From: an uncultured Chlamydiales bacterium
GTDB taxonomy: Bacteria; Chlamydiota; Chlamydiia; Chlamydiales; JAAKFR01
Direction: 5' to 3'
DNA length: 64,000 nucleotides
Assembly (NCBI GenBank): GCA_963699155.1
Contig: OY969414.1
Location: 1,291,757-1,355,756 of the forward strand
Position numbers and translations under genes: made by a program. This document shows positions 8,963-18,725 of the stretch, one piece after another. How positions within the stretch are numbered: the first letter of the stretch is position 1; every line of letters begins with the position of its first letter. A model generated the notes under the pieces. That model was given only the letters and a program-made list of their open reading frames with translations, did not search any database and was not told where the DNA came from.

Positions 8963-10519
8963 TTAAATGGATTGAATCCACTTGAAATCGACATGCCCTA
9001 GATCGTGAATGACCACATTCTGGATATGGGGGTGAATCATATAGAGATAGGTTTCGCTATAAACGGGAATCACCGGCATCTCTTCCAGAAGAATCGATTC
9101 TGCCTGTTGGAGAAGTTGGGTTCTCAATTGTTTATTAGGTGTCTCTCTTGCCTGTTGGAGGAGCTTTTTATAGAGAGGATCTTCCCAACGGCTAACGTTG
9201 TAGGAGAGCTGTTTCTCTTGCAGAAGCTCCAGATGGTAGATGGGATCCTTAAAAAGGGCGCTCTTGATGCAACCGCCGACATCAAAGTTCCCTTTTGAGA
9301 GGTCGCTGAAGAAATGGTTCCACTCAGACCCCTCTAAGACCACATTGATTCCCAAAATCTTTTGCCAGTTGCTTTGAATGACTTCGGCAAGCTGCCGCTG
9401 ACCTGTAATGTGGCTATGAGAGAGGGTAATTTTCGGAAATGTTTCCTCAGTGAGATGGAGCTCTTCGAGTCCTTTTGCGAAATACTGTTTGGCGAGTAAT
9501 TCGTTAGCCTCTTCGGAGAGGCGGACATCCTGAACGAGCGACAAGCCTACAGGCAGAGGGGCCATGGCTGCTTGCTGTCCGAGGAGAACATGGTCCACAA
9601 TAGCCTTACGATTGATGGCGTAGCTCAACGCTTTTCGGATCGAAGCATTATTGAAGGGGAGCCGCTCGCTGTTGCAGTAGAGCCAATAGATACGGGCCAC
9701 GGCTTTCATCTTTAAAAGCCCCGTCTTTTCACAGGCGGGAATCATATCGCTAGGGAGAGTGCTGAAGGGGCTACCAATCCAATCGAGCTGCCCTTTTTCG
9801 AACAGCTGAAAGGCGGTGAGGGGATCAGTGATGACAAGAATCTCGATCCTATCAAGGGAAACTTTTTTCGCATCCCAGTAGAGAGGGTTTTTTTTGAGTG
9901 CGATCACTTGATCCAACTTCCAGGTGTCGATCAGGAAGGGGCCATTAAAGACGATCGGTTCTGAACGGTCATCGAAGAGGGGGGAAAAAATGGGATTGGA
10001 AATGAGCTCTAAGAAATAGGGGGCAGGATGCTCTAGCTCAATCTCGAGCGTTCTCACATCGTGGGCGCGAATGCCCACCGAGGTGAGGGGAAGCTCTCCC
10101 TTCTTAATTTTTTCACCATTTTTGATGATGTAAAAGAGGTCGGGGCGCAGACAGTTGGAATCTTTCTCGATCGCTTTTTTCCAGGCATCGGCAAAGTGGT
10201 AAGCAGTCACAGGCTCGTGGTTGGACCAGCAAGTGGAGCGTAAGATAAAGGTATAGCGAGTCTGGTCATCAGAGATGAAAATTTTTTCCGCGGCTGCAGG
10301 TTGAGGGATCCCTGAGGGATCCATGCGGGTCAATCCTTCGAAGAGGGCTGATTGGAGGGAGCGGATGCGGTAGTCGATTCCAATATGGGGATGGGTCGAG
10401 GGAAGATCACCATCTTGAAAATTGATCCTTAAGACTTGCTTAGACTGTTGCGGAGATTTTTCAGCCTGATTGCAGGCCGCAAACAGTGCTAATAGACAAA
10501 ATAGTATAACTCGAGTCAT
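8963..10519 (-). CDS. oppA: Peptide ABC transporter substrate-binding lipoprotein (OppA)
   Basis: Lipobox LFAAC; LFEGLTR, YTFILRSTCWSNHEPVTA, NGPF, NPLYWD, EEMPVIP. Confidence 0.88.
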   Translation of the reverse strand: MTRVILFCLLALFAACNQAEKSPQQSKQVLRINFQDGDLPSTHPHIGIDYRIRSLQSALFEGLTRMDPSGIPQPAAAEKIFISDDQTRYTFILRSTCWSNHEPVTAYHFADAWKKAIEKDSNCLRPDLFYIIKNGEKIKKGELPLTSVGIRAHDVRTLEIELEHPAPYFLELISNPIFSPLFDDRSEPIVFNGPFLIDTWKLDQVIALKKNPLYWDAKKVSLDRIEILVITDPLTAFQLFEKGQLDWIGSPFSTLPSDMIPACEKTGLLKMKAVARIYWLYCNSERLPFNNASIRKALSYAINRKAIVDHVLLGQQAAMAPLPVGLSLVQDVRLSEEANELLAKQYFAKGLEELHLTEETFPKITLSHSHITGQRQLAEVIQSNWQKILGINVVLEGSEWNHFFSDLSKGNFDVGGCIKSALFKDPIYHLELLQEKQLSYNVSRWEDPLYKKLLQQARETPNKQLRTQLLQQAESILLEEMPVIPVYSETYLYMIHPHIQNVVIHDLGHVDFKWIQSI

Positions 10520-13402
10520 TTAACCCTCCTCAAAGTAAATCCATTTAAAATCCACATCGCCAGATTGGCAGAAATGGATCCCTTTCACTTCGCTGCGTGC
10601 GAGATAATGGTAAGAAACGCCATGGATGGGAATCACAGGCATCTGATCCAGTAGTTCCAGCTCAGCTTGTTTCAGATAGGAAAGGTCGTGGGGGGCAGAT
10701 CTCGCTTGGTCGATCCAATAGTTGAATTTTTCGCTATGCCAGCCGAATGCATTATGAATGTTGGTTGTCTCATAAAAGATTTGAAAGAAGTACATCGGGT
10801 GGTGGTAGAAGGGATGGCGGTAACAAGATCCGAAGTGAATCAACCGGTTGTCTAACTGGTGAGAAAAGGTATTCCAGGTCTCTTCGACGCGACGGATTTG
10901 GATGCCAAAGATCTCTTGCCACTGTTCTTGAATCTCGATCGCTAGCTCCTTTTGTCCGGGGATGTGGGAGTGGAGCAGCCTTAATTCTGCAATTTGAGAG
11001 CGGTGACAGTCGGTTTCACGTAAGCCCTCCTCAAAGAGAGCGATGGCTAGATCGGGATTAGGAGCCTTGTAGAGCTCCTCCTCTTTGAGCTGAGAGATGG
11101 AGGTGGGCAGATGGGTCTTGAGTGGGGTTGGGTAAAGGAGAGTGCGCTGACAGAGAAGATCACGGTCTAGGGCTATCGAAAGGGCTCGGCGCACCTTTGA
11201 AGAGGAAAAGAGCGGGTGTGCCAGGTTGCAATAGAGCCACGAGACACCCAGATCGTCGACACGGGTCATCTGATCTTTCAAGGAGTGGGCAATCTGAGGA
11301 GGAAGCAGACTAAAAGGGCCGCCGATCCAATCCAGATTCCCACTTTGGTACTTTTCGTAGGCTTGGTGAGGATCGCGGATGATGGAGATTTCGATGCCCT
11401 CCAACTTGACATGCTCGAAGTCCCAGTAGTAGGGGTTTTTAATGAGGACGATATTCTGATGGCGTTGCCAGGAATGGAGGGTGAAAGGGCCGCAAAAGAC
11501 ATAAGGTTCTCCAGAATCCTCATAGGCGGGGAAAAAGAGAGGGTGGGCCAACATTTCGAGGAAATAGGGAGCTGGATGCTCGAGGGTGACTTTGAGGGTG
11601 TGTGCGTCGAGCGCTTTGACTCCGATATCATCGATATGAGCCAGCTTGAAGTGAGCTTTCCGGGCATTTTCCAGAATATAGAAAAAATCTGGCCGCAAAG
11701 AGGAGGGAGATTGAACCGCCTTTTTCCAGGTTTTCTCATACTGAAAAGCAGTGAGCTCTTCTCCGTTAGACCATTGGAGCTGTTTGAGTTTGAAGAGATA
11801 GGTTTTGCCATCTGGGGAGATGGTCACCTCTTGGGCGGCAGCGAGTTCCGGAATTCTTTTAGGAGAGATGCGCATGAGGCCTTCAAAGAGCGCTTTCTGT
11901 ACAGAACGGCAGCGCAGGTCAAGACCGATATGAGGATTTAAAGAGAGCGGGTCGCCGTCTAGATAATTGATCCTTAAGAACTTCTTCTCCTGTTTGGGCG
12001 AGTCGTGCGCATGGGATAACAGGAGTTGGATCCGATCGAGCCAGGCGCTACTTGTCGGGTATTGATAGACAAGCCCTAGGTAATATTCCCCATTGATGCA
12101 TTGATCTGTATAGCCAAATTGGTGGAGGGGGAAGGAGAAGTTCATCACCTCTTTGATCACGCGCTCTTTCAGATGTTCGAGACGGGTTTTGATGACCACC
12201 ACGGAAAAAGAGGGTTCATGATGTTTGAGCATTTCGTAGGGCTGGGAGGCAGAAAGCGAAGATTTCTTGGCCTCTAGAAAGAGCGAGGCGCACAATTTGC
12301 CCGCTTCGGGAAGAATAAAGGTTTGAAAGTGGGAGGGCTTGAAGGCGTAGAAGAGGGACTCAAGGAAGGATTTATCGCCATTTCCGACGATTTCTTGAAT
12401 GGCCCTGAGCTGTTTATGCTGTTTCGAGAAGAGGCCCCCATTATAATCGCGGAATTCCCCGATCATCAATTCGATTCCTTTAGCCACGTAGAGGCGCGCC
12501 TCTCGCAGATCGATGGAGCTGTTTTTGCGTGCAAAGAGGCTGCTATCGACCTCAAATAGGGTGATATTTGCCTGTTTGGTATGCTCTTTATCGAAGGTGC
12601 CGATTTCAGCCGTCATCTCAGGGATAAAATGGGTCGTATGGGGCAGCAATCTGCTGAGATCTTTCAGAGAAGGTGCGCTCGATTTGACAAGACGCACCAC
12701 GACGACAGAAAAGCGAAGACTCCCTTTCGGGGTCTGCTCCTGGAATGAGATCGTCACCTGAGGCAGGTCATTGGTTTGATGAAACTCTCGACTCATCTGC
12801 ACAATATTGCGGAAGATCTCTTCCTCATTGCGGATCAAAAAGAGTGAGGGAGAGTAGCATTCGACATTCTCCTCCAACTCTTTTGGTAGATAGGTGCGCA
12901 GCTGTTGCAGGTCTGCAGCCGAGAAACCGCGTCCCCGCTTTTTTTCGATCTCCTGATAGAGAAAGAGAAGACCTGCTTCATCATCGCGGTAGTGATATTC
13001 TCTCTCAGGCACAGCCGCTATACCGGGGATGATGTGGAGGATTGCTTGAAGAAGCCTCTCTTGAGAGAGGAATTCGGTATTGCTGCTTACCTTGATGGCG
13101 ATGGCAATCCCTAACGAACTCGTTTCCGCTTGCTGTGTTTTAAAGAGGCGAAAAAAGAGGGTGCGCTGTTGCGGCGAAATCAGCTTTTGCACGGCAAACT
13201 TCTGTTCGAAATAACAAAATGCGTTCACCAGCTTGGTCAAGAAATAGAGCGAGTGTTGCTCACGAAAAGCGAGGGAGCTTGTGGAAAGGAGACGGATGCC
13301 CTTTTCCAGATTCTCTGAAGAAAGGCAATACTGGTGCCTTTTCCAGTAGTTTGAGAATTTCTGAATTTCCTCAAAAAAGTTTCGAGTCATGTCAAATGCC
13401 AA
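10520..13402 (-). CDS. Fusion of a ~470-aa unknown N-terminal domain to an OppA-like domain, no signal peptide
   Basis: C-terminal LFEGLMR, YLFKLKQLQWSNGEELTA, NPYYWD, QMPVIP. N-terminal RNEEE, ISFQEQT, GEFRDYNGGLFSKQ. Confidence 0.8.
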   Translation of the reverse strand: MAFDMTRNFFEEIQKFSNYWKRHQYCLSSENLEKGIRLLSTSSLAFREQHSLYFLTKLVNAFCYFEQKFAVQKLISPQQRTLFFRLFKTQQAETSSLGIAIAIKVSSNTEFLSQERLLQAILHIIPGIAAVPEREYHYRDDEAGLLFLYQEIEKKRGRGFSAADLQQLRTYLPKELEENVECYSPSLFLIRNEEEIFRNIVQMSREFHQTNDLPQVTISFQEQTPKGSLRFSVVVVRLVKSSAPSLKDLSRLLPHTTHFIPEMTAEIGTFDKEHTKQANITLFEVDSSLFARKNSSIDLREARLYVAKGIELMIGEFRDYNGGLFSKQHKQLRAIQEIVGNGDKSFLESLFYAFKPSHFQTFILPEAGKLCASLFLEAKKSSLSASQPYEMLKHHEPSFSVVVIKTRLEHLKERVIKEVMNFSFPLHQFGYTDQCINGEYYLGLVYQYPTSSAWLDRIQLLLSHAHDSPKQEKKFLRINYLDGDPLSLNPHIGLDLRCRSVQKALFEGLMRISPKRIPELAAAQEVTISPDGKTYLFKLKQLQWSNGEELTAFQYEKTWKKAVQSPSSLRPDFFYILENARKAHFKLAHIDDIGVKALDAHTLKVTLEHPAPYFLEMLAHPLFFPAYEDSGEPYVFCGPFTLHSWQRHQNIVLIKNPYYWDFEHVKLEGIEISIIRDPHQAYEKYQSGNLDWIGGPFSLLPPQIAHSLKDQMTRVDDLGVSWLYCNLAHPLFSSSKVRRALSIALDRDLLCQRTLLYPTPLKTHLPTSISQLKEEELYKAPNPDLAIALFEEGLRETDCHRSQIAELRLLHSHIPGQKELAIEIQEQWQEIFGIQIRRVEETWNTFSHQLDNRLIHFGSCYRHPFYHHPMYFFQIFYETTNIHNAFGWHSEKFNYWIDQARSAPHDLSYLKQAELELLDQMPVIPIHGVSYHYLARSEVKGIHFCQSGDVDFKWIYFEEG

Positions 13403-13446
13403 TAATCCTCGAGAAGGAGGTTACTTTAACGACCATTAATTGAGAA

Positions 13447-14169
13447 TTAATATTTGGTTAAAAAGAAATTTGAGATCACAGCGAGGGCTGCCAGAGGGGC
13501 CGTCTCTGTGCGCAAAATGTGCCGATTTAAGCGAACGCCCTGGCCATTTTGCTTCTTCAAGAAGGCCTCTTCCCTCTCAGTAAAACCCGCTTCAGGACCC
13601 ACAAAAAAGAGGAGTGATTCGAGGGGATGTTGGGAGAGAAGTTCGAGAAAAGGGGGTGCTTGAGGGTCGGTATCTCCAAAATAGGAGCGCAAAGAGGTGG
13701 AGGGCCACTGGATAAGGGGAGGCTTATAGATGATTTTTGGCAGATAGAGGCGTCCCGATTGTTTCATCGCTGCAGTGGCGATCGCATGGAGGCGCTCCTG
13801 TTGATGGGATGATAACTCTTTTTTTTCACTCAAGTCGCCAGGAAAAAGCCAGAGTTCTGTCATGCCGAGCTCTGTTCCCTTTTCGATGATCATTTCTAAG
13901 CGGGAGAGACGGGGCAGAGCTTGACAGAGGATCACCTCATGGGGAGGTCGACTCTCTTCCTGGATGGCTGTCAGCCTCAAGTAGGCTGCTTTTTTTTCAC
14001 TTTTCTGGATGAGCGCCTCGGCCAGTTGCCCTTTTCCGTTGACGATCTCCACACCATCTCCCACCTGATTCCGCATCACGCGTAAGAGATGGTGGGCCTC
14101 TTCTCCCTCTAATAAGAGCTCTTCGTCGAGATGGAAGGGGGCATCTAAAAAGAAACGGTTGTGAGGCAT
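13447..14169 (-). CDS. rsmE: 16S rRNA m3U1498 methyltransferase
   Basis: HHLLRVMR, EKGTELG, KQSGR, VGPEAGF, ILRTETA. Confidence 0.95.
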   Translation of the reverse strand: MPHNRFFLDAPFHLDEELLLEGEEAHHLLRVMRNQVGDGVEIVNGKGQLAEALIQKSEKKAAYLRLTAIQEESRPPHEVILCQALPRLSRLEMIIEKGTELGMTELWLFPGDLSEKKELSSHQQERLHAIATAAMKQSGRLYLPKIIYKPPLIQWPSTSLRSYFGDTDPQAPPFLELLSQHPLESLLFFVGPEAGFTEREEAFLKKQNGQGVRLNRHILRTETAPLAALAVISNFFLTKY

Positions 14170-15374
14170 TCAGCTTTTACCAATTTCCTTTTGATCATCT
14201 GATAGTCGGGATCCAAGGTGAGCGCTTTAAAAGCACCTAAGCGGAGATAATGTTTCCGGAGAGTAGGGGAATGGATAAAATCGAGCACTAGCTGGTACTT
14301 CCACTCTCTGAGCAAAAGCTCATCAGCCTCTCCATATTCGATAACGGTGCACTCATTGAGAGGAATGGAGCTGCCCTTCGGTGCTAAAAAGGTGAGGAAA
14401 CTGCGGGGGTAGATGGCGCGCAAGAGGGGGAAAATCTCTGCAAATGGGGTCAAATCACTCGGAAGAGCGATCAGGATAAAGCCGTAGCGATAGTGTCGTT
14501 TGACATGGTCGATGCCTTGTTGTTTCCACCGGTCATGGACCCACATCCACTGCTCAGGGGTCTCTGCGATGCTTTTTTCTAACTCAGACATCGCCTGGTC
14601 CATCATGCGAGGAACCTCCTCTTTGATGGGTGCGTTCAGATTGGGCCAGATGGGAGAATGGAAGCGAATAAAATAGTGGCCTTCGGAGCGCTTCGCAGAG
14701 GCGAAGACGAGCGGGCAGCCCGTTTTGAAGGCTATAAGCGCAGGTGTTGAGGCGGTCCAGGCGCGCGTGCCAAAGAGGGGATAGGAGTAGCCACTATCGG
14801 GATAGGCTTGATCACCGACAATTCCGAGAAATGCTCCCTTTGCGAGCGCTTTGATGCCTTCCCGGATTGCGTTTTTGGGCATGACAATTTTCCCCTCATG
14901 CATCTCTCTGACAGAAAGAACCCATTTATAAAGCCATCTGTTTTTGATGGGCCGACCAATCGCGACCCCTGGATAGCGATCAGTAAATCCTATAAAGGAG
15001 ATCTCCCAATTGGCCTGGTGGGCTGTCAGAAAGATGACCCCCTTCTTCGCTTTCAGTTGCGCTTCCATCTCTTCAGTATCAAAGAAGCTTACAATTTCAG
15101 AGATCTTCCCTTTGCTCCGTTTTAAACGGAAGAATTCAAGAAGTGTGATCATGAGATTTTCAAATGAATGGCGAGCGATAGTTTTTAACTCCTCTTCGCT
15201 CTTGCTCTGTCCATAAGCAATGGAGAGATTGGCCATCGCTTTTTTACGAAAAGGCCAATGGAGATAAAAGGCCATCCACCCAATCCAACCACCCAAAGCA
15301 TGAATCGCAGAATAGGGGAGCAAGGAGATCAGCCACCCAAACACCCTACATCCGCAATAAATCAAAAACGCCAC
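14145..15374 (-). CDS. htrB: Lipid A lauroyl/late acyltransferase (HtrB/LpxL family, chlamydial long form)
   Basis: HQANWE, GIVGDQ, PEQWMWVHDRWK; syntenic with ybbR-dacA. Confidence 0.88.
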   Translation of the reverse strand: MAFLIYCGCRVFGWLISLLPYSAIHALGGWIGWMAFYLHWPFRKKAMANLSIAYGQSKSEEELKTIARHSFENLMITLLEFFRLKRSKGKISEIVSFFDTEEMEAQLKAKKGVIFLTAHQANWEISFIGFTDRYPGVAIGRPIKNRWLYKWVLSVREMHEGKIVMPKNAIREGIKALAKGAFLGIVGDQAYPDSGYSYPLFGTRAWTASTPALIAFKTGCPLVFASAKRSEGHYFIRFHSPIWPNLNAPIKEEVPRMMDQAMSELEKSIAETPEQWMWVHDRWKQQGIDHVKRHYRYGFILIALPSDLTPFAEIFPLLRAIYPRSFLTFLAPKGSSIPLNECTVIEYGEADELLLREWKYQLVLDFIHSPTLRKHYLRLGAFKALTLDPDYQMIKRKLVKAECLTTVSF

Positions 15375-15462
15375 TCGAACCCAGCAATAATTAACCCAAC
15401 AATTCTATCTCATTGGCCAGAAAAATCCAACTCTTGCCAGAAAATCTAATTTTATAGGGTCA

Positions 15463-15492
15463 GGCACCGGCACGGGCACGTTCACGGGCACG
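15463..15492. repeat. Hexamer tandem repeat (GGCACG)n, degenerate, 5 units
   Basis: GGCACC GGCACG GGCACG TTCACG GGCACG. Confidence 0.75.
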
Positions 15493-15609
15493 AAAATAGG
15501 AGTAAATGTCCGATTTAGAGGACCTATTTGCTAGAGGAGGGGACCATGCTTTCATCAAAAGATCTTTTCGCTTCCGCCTCGGCCTTGCCTCGGCTTACGC
15601 GATGTTCTA

Positions 15610-15683
15610 GGGGGAGAGAGGCTAACGCCACCTCTCTCCCCCTTTACCCCCTCTCTCGGCGGCAAAGGGGCACGCCCCTTTGC
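15610..15683. repeat. REP-like double hairpin
   Basis: GGGGGAGAGAGG-CTAACGCCA-CCTCTCTCCCCC (15610-15642) and GCAAAGGGG-CACG-CCCCTTTGC (15662-15683). Confidence 0.65.
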
Positions 15684-15698
15684 ATTCCCATAGTGCCT

Positions 15699-15992
15699 TC
15701 AAGGATGGGGCGTGATAGCAATAATTGTCAGCTCCCCACGACCTGGTCCATATGCCCAAAAAATTCTATAAGCCCCAGGCGTATTATTTTGAGCATAGGA
15801 TTCAAAAACATCGCCCAAAGGGGATTTGAAGCCATCAAATTTGTTGGTATTCAGGGAAGGATGCTTCAGATTGGTTTCCATTAATCCTAAAGTTTTTCTC
15901 ACTTGCTTTAGTAGGGCCGCCTTTGATTTATTCGCTTCTAACTCTTTTAGATTCAGTACAGCCTCATCTGAAAATTTCAATTTGAACTGCAT
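15699..15992 (-). CDS. Type II toxin, RelE/HigB-like fold
   Basis: 97 aa, basic; HPSLNTNK, FESYAQNNTPGAYRIFWAYGP, IIAITPHP; lies directly downstream of a small antitoxin-like gene. Confidence 0.7.
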   Translation of the reverse strand: MQFKLKFSDEAVLNLKELEANKSKAALLKQVRKTLGLMETNLKHPSLNTNKFDGFKSPLGDVFESYAQNNTPGAYRIFWAYGPGRGELTIIAITPHP

Positions 15993-16006
15993 ATTCTATG
16001 ATCGAC

Positions 16007-16291
16007 TTATTCGTCTTCTTTTGCATATTCGGCAAAAGAGCCTAAATCATGAAGTTTTCCTTCTTCAGCATCACGGATGCCCTTTAACACAGATTGTAAA
16101 GCTTTGTGGTTATTATAGAGCCAGTGACCTTTTTCAGGCACTTGGCGTACAGGTTCCAAGATTATCCGACCCTCCTCCCAGTAGACACGAAATGAGTGAT
16201 ATAACTCCCTTTCCTCCTTCTTTAGGATACGAGTCAAAGGGATTCTTTGCTTATCGTCCATATTAACTGTGATATCTGGTTTTGAGCCCAT
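16007..16291 (-). CDS. Putative antitoxin, AbrB/MazE-like N-terminus with acidic tail
   Basis: VNMDDKQRIPL...GRIILEPV; C-terminal GKLHDLGSFAEYAKEDE; AGGAGG RBS and extended -10 TGGTATAAT (16311-16319) upstream. Confidence 0.7.
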   Translation of the reverse strand: MGSKPDITVNMDDKQRIPLTRILKKEERELYHSFRVYWEEGRIILEPVRQVPEKGHWLYNNHKALQSVLKGIRDAEEGKLHDLGSFAEYAKEDE

Positions 16292-16383
16292 AATTCCTCC
16301 TTTTTACTTAATTATACCACAATTGGGAATTTGCCACAATCCCATTTTGTAAAGAATAGATAAAGATGTGTGAGGAATTAATT

Positions 16384-17487
16384 CTATTTGCTGGAGGAGA
16401 GGGTGAGGCGGACGATTTTGTCGAGTTGGTGGGAGAAGTCGAGATGTTGGATGCTATTGCGAATCGCGCGGGTGGAGGCTTCGGAGAGGTCACGGTTCAT
16501 CGCTTTTTCTAGGGAAGATTTGATGCTTTGGGGAGAGGGGAGATCTTCGATGAGGGTGCCTGTGTGGGGGAGGAGGATTTCTTTGCCGCCGTTGTAGGTA
16601 GAGGAGACGACAAAGAGTCCCATGGCGAGAGCTTCTAGAGTGACGTTGGCGAAGGGATCGTAGATGGAGGGGATGACAAGGGTGTCTGCCTGTTGATAAA
16701 AGGGGAGGAGAGTGGGTTGGGGGCCAAGAAAGGAGACGTTCTCTTGGAGACCGAGCTGTTCAGCGAGTTGGATGAAATAGGGAATATTTTTGTCTTTTCC
16801 CACTATGGTGAGATGAAATTCTTTGTCGTGGATGAGGGAGAGCCCCTGTAGAAGAAAGGTGAGCCCCTTTCTGCGATAGCCGTTGCCGACAAAAAGAAAG
16901 TGGTGCTTCTGGCGTTCACGGGGAAAGCGCTTTTCAAAGGGTTCGGACCAAGCCTGCCATTCTACACCATTGTGGACGACTTCTAGTTTTTCTTGAGGAA
17001 GCTCATAGTGGTTCACAATCTCGTCAGCGACCATGTGGGAGTTCGTAAAGAGCTTTTTGAGATGGGGACTCTCAAACGCCTTTCTTTCCATTGAAAGTAG
17101 CGCGAGATGGAGTGGGTTGATCTTCAAGGTGAGCTGCTTCCAGAGTGGGTCGATCAACTTGCGTCTTTCGAGAAAAACGGCATGCACACCATTGCCAGCA
17201 CGGTAATGGGTCTGTTCTGTGGTGCGCTCCATCCCAAAGACGATGGGCGCAGGATGGTCTCTGAGCCACTTTTGGCATAATCTGTCAAATCGCCGCAGAT
17301 GGCGGAGGGTGAAAGAGGTATCGGGAGCAAGAGAAACGGCCTCAATGCCGGGGATTTTTGGAGGGGTTCCTGTTGTCAGCAAGGTAACGGAGTGTCCCTC
17401 TCTAGCAAAGGCTTGAGCCAGAAAGGAGGTATATTTTTCTAATCCTCCACGGAAGGAAGCTCGTGCCTTGAGGAAAACGATCTTCAT
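16384..17487 (-). CDS. Glycosyltransferase family 4 (LPS core, WabG/RfaG-like)
   Basis: GGLEKY, VVHNGV, FVGNGYRRKG, PSIYDPFANVTLEALAMG. Confidence 0.9.
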   Translation of the reverse strand: MKIVFLKARASFRGGLEKYTSFLAQAFAREGHSVTLLTTGTPPKIPGIEAVSLAPDTSFTLRHLRRFDRLCQKWLRDHPAPIVFGMERTTEQTHYRAGNGVHAVFLERRKLIDPLWKQLTLKINPLHLALLSMERKAFESPHLKKLFTNSHMVADEIVNHYELPQEKLEVVHNGVEWQAWSEPFEKRFPRERQKHHFLFVGNGYRRKGLTFLLQGLSLIHDKEFHLTIVGKDKNIPYFIQLAEQLGLQENVSFLGPQPTLLPFYQQADTLVIPSIYDPFANVTLEALAMGLFVVSSTYNGGKEILLPHTGTLIEDLPSPQSIKSSLEKAMNRDLSEASTRAIRNSIQHLDFSHQLDKIVRLTLSSSK

Positions 17488-18725
17488 CGATTTTTCACTG
17501 CTTCTAAATGGATGGAGCTGCCTTTCAGATGGGCTCTTAACTGGAGCGGTTCTCCATCTTGGGTGAAAAAGATAAGACGGCGGAGATATTCGCGGAAACG
17601 GTCTCGGACGACCTGTTCACTGAATTTGGTGAAGGGAGCTTCGTTTCTTCGTTCTTGTTGCAAGGAGGCTGTCACATAGGCCTCCTCCAGCGCCTTTTCA
17701 TCTATGTATTCGACTGCCCAATGGAGCTCTTTTTCCGCATTTCTGGGGGCTGCCACAATGATGAGCAGGAGATTATTCTGGACGACCTCCAAAAAGAGGC
17801 GGCTGACATCTCTGACATAAAGGGGGATGGCAAGCTGTTTGAGACCGTTTCTATTTTGAATGACATAATTGATGGCTAGATCTGTTGTATCAGGATTGAT
17901 ACGATCGCTATATTTGAGAGGGAAGAAAATGGTGACAGGGAGATCAGCTCCAAAAGGAATGAGCTCCTGCTTCAAAAAATCGATGCGTAAGAGATCACCA
18001 CGGGGATCATTGAGGCACTCGAGGAGGTTCTCTTTAAAGGGAATGGCCACCTTTTTCCAAGAGTCGGGAACAGGAAAGGAGATCTCATCTTTCTTCTGTC
18101 TCTCGAAAAGAAAATCGAGATCAGATTGGGTGATCTTGTTCAGATTGAAGGTGATCTCGAGCCCTCTCTGTTTCAATTCGCGCACCTGCTCTTCAGGACC
18201 GCTCACTTTTTGGCTCAAATATTTCGGCCAGATGTCCAAAAATTGAAAGCCTTTGGGTGGATCGCCGATCGGTTTGGTGATAGTGATCGGGATCTCATCT
18301 GTCACAAGCTTGCTCAGTTTAATAAAGAGATCGTTGGCGCTCACTTCCGTGACATGGTTATGGAGATCGATTCCAGGATTGACAGAGACAAGATTGGCTT
18401 TAGAAATCGTGGCAATCCAGCTCTCTTTGTGCCCATCGGTATTGATCACCACCTCGATGTCTGCTGCGCGCAGGTCTTGCAAGAGAGTTTTACTTCCTGT
18501 CAAAGTGAGAGAGATCCGTTTATTCAACAACCCATTCGGGAGAAGCCCCTGAACCGTTTTATCGGAAGGGAGGTGGATGATCCGTACAGGGACATCGGAA
18601 ATGGTGCGGGTGATCGTGATTGTCTGATTAACTAGAAACCAGACAAAGATGGCAGTGAGCAGCGCCACCACCTTCCGGGGCCAGTTTTTAAGGAAGAGAC
18701 GGGTGAGGAGGGCCTTCATCTCCAA
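17484..18725 (-). CDS. ybbR: YbbR/CdaR-like regulator of diadenylate cyclase (CT011-like)
   Basis: NWPRKVVALLTAIFVW N-terminal TM anchor; directly downstream of dacA. Confidence 0.8.
   Translation of the reverse strand: MEMKALLTRLFLKNWPRKVVALLTAIFVWFLVNQTITITRTISDVPVRIIHLPSDKTVQGLLPNGLLNKRISLTLTGSKTLLQDLRAADIEVVINTDGHKESWIATISKANLVSVNPGIDLHNHVTEVSANDLFIKLSKLVTDEIPITITKPIGDPPKGFQFLDIWPKYLSQKVSGPEEQVRELKQRGLEITFNLNKITQSDLDFLFERQKKDEISFPVPDSWKKVAIPFKENLLECLNDPRGDLLRIDFLKQELIPFGADLPVTIFFPLKYSDRINPDTTDLAINYVIQNRNGLKQLAIPLYVRDVSRLFLEVVQNNLLLIIVAAPRNAEKELHWAVEYIDEKALEEAYVTASLQQERRNEAPFTKFSEQVVRDRFREYLRRLIFFTQDGEPLQLRAHLKGSSIHLEAVKNR

Noticed and set aside
11216..11941. 241-aa plus-strand ORF and similar long antisense ORFs (37754..38449, 28219..28797, 62508..63071)
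   Set aside because: Shadow ORFs opposite well-supported genes, with no motifs of their own.
15528..16266. Plus-strand ORFs 15528..15884 and 15826..16266
   Set aside because: They run across repeat hairpins and antisense to the better-supported toxin-antitoxin pair.
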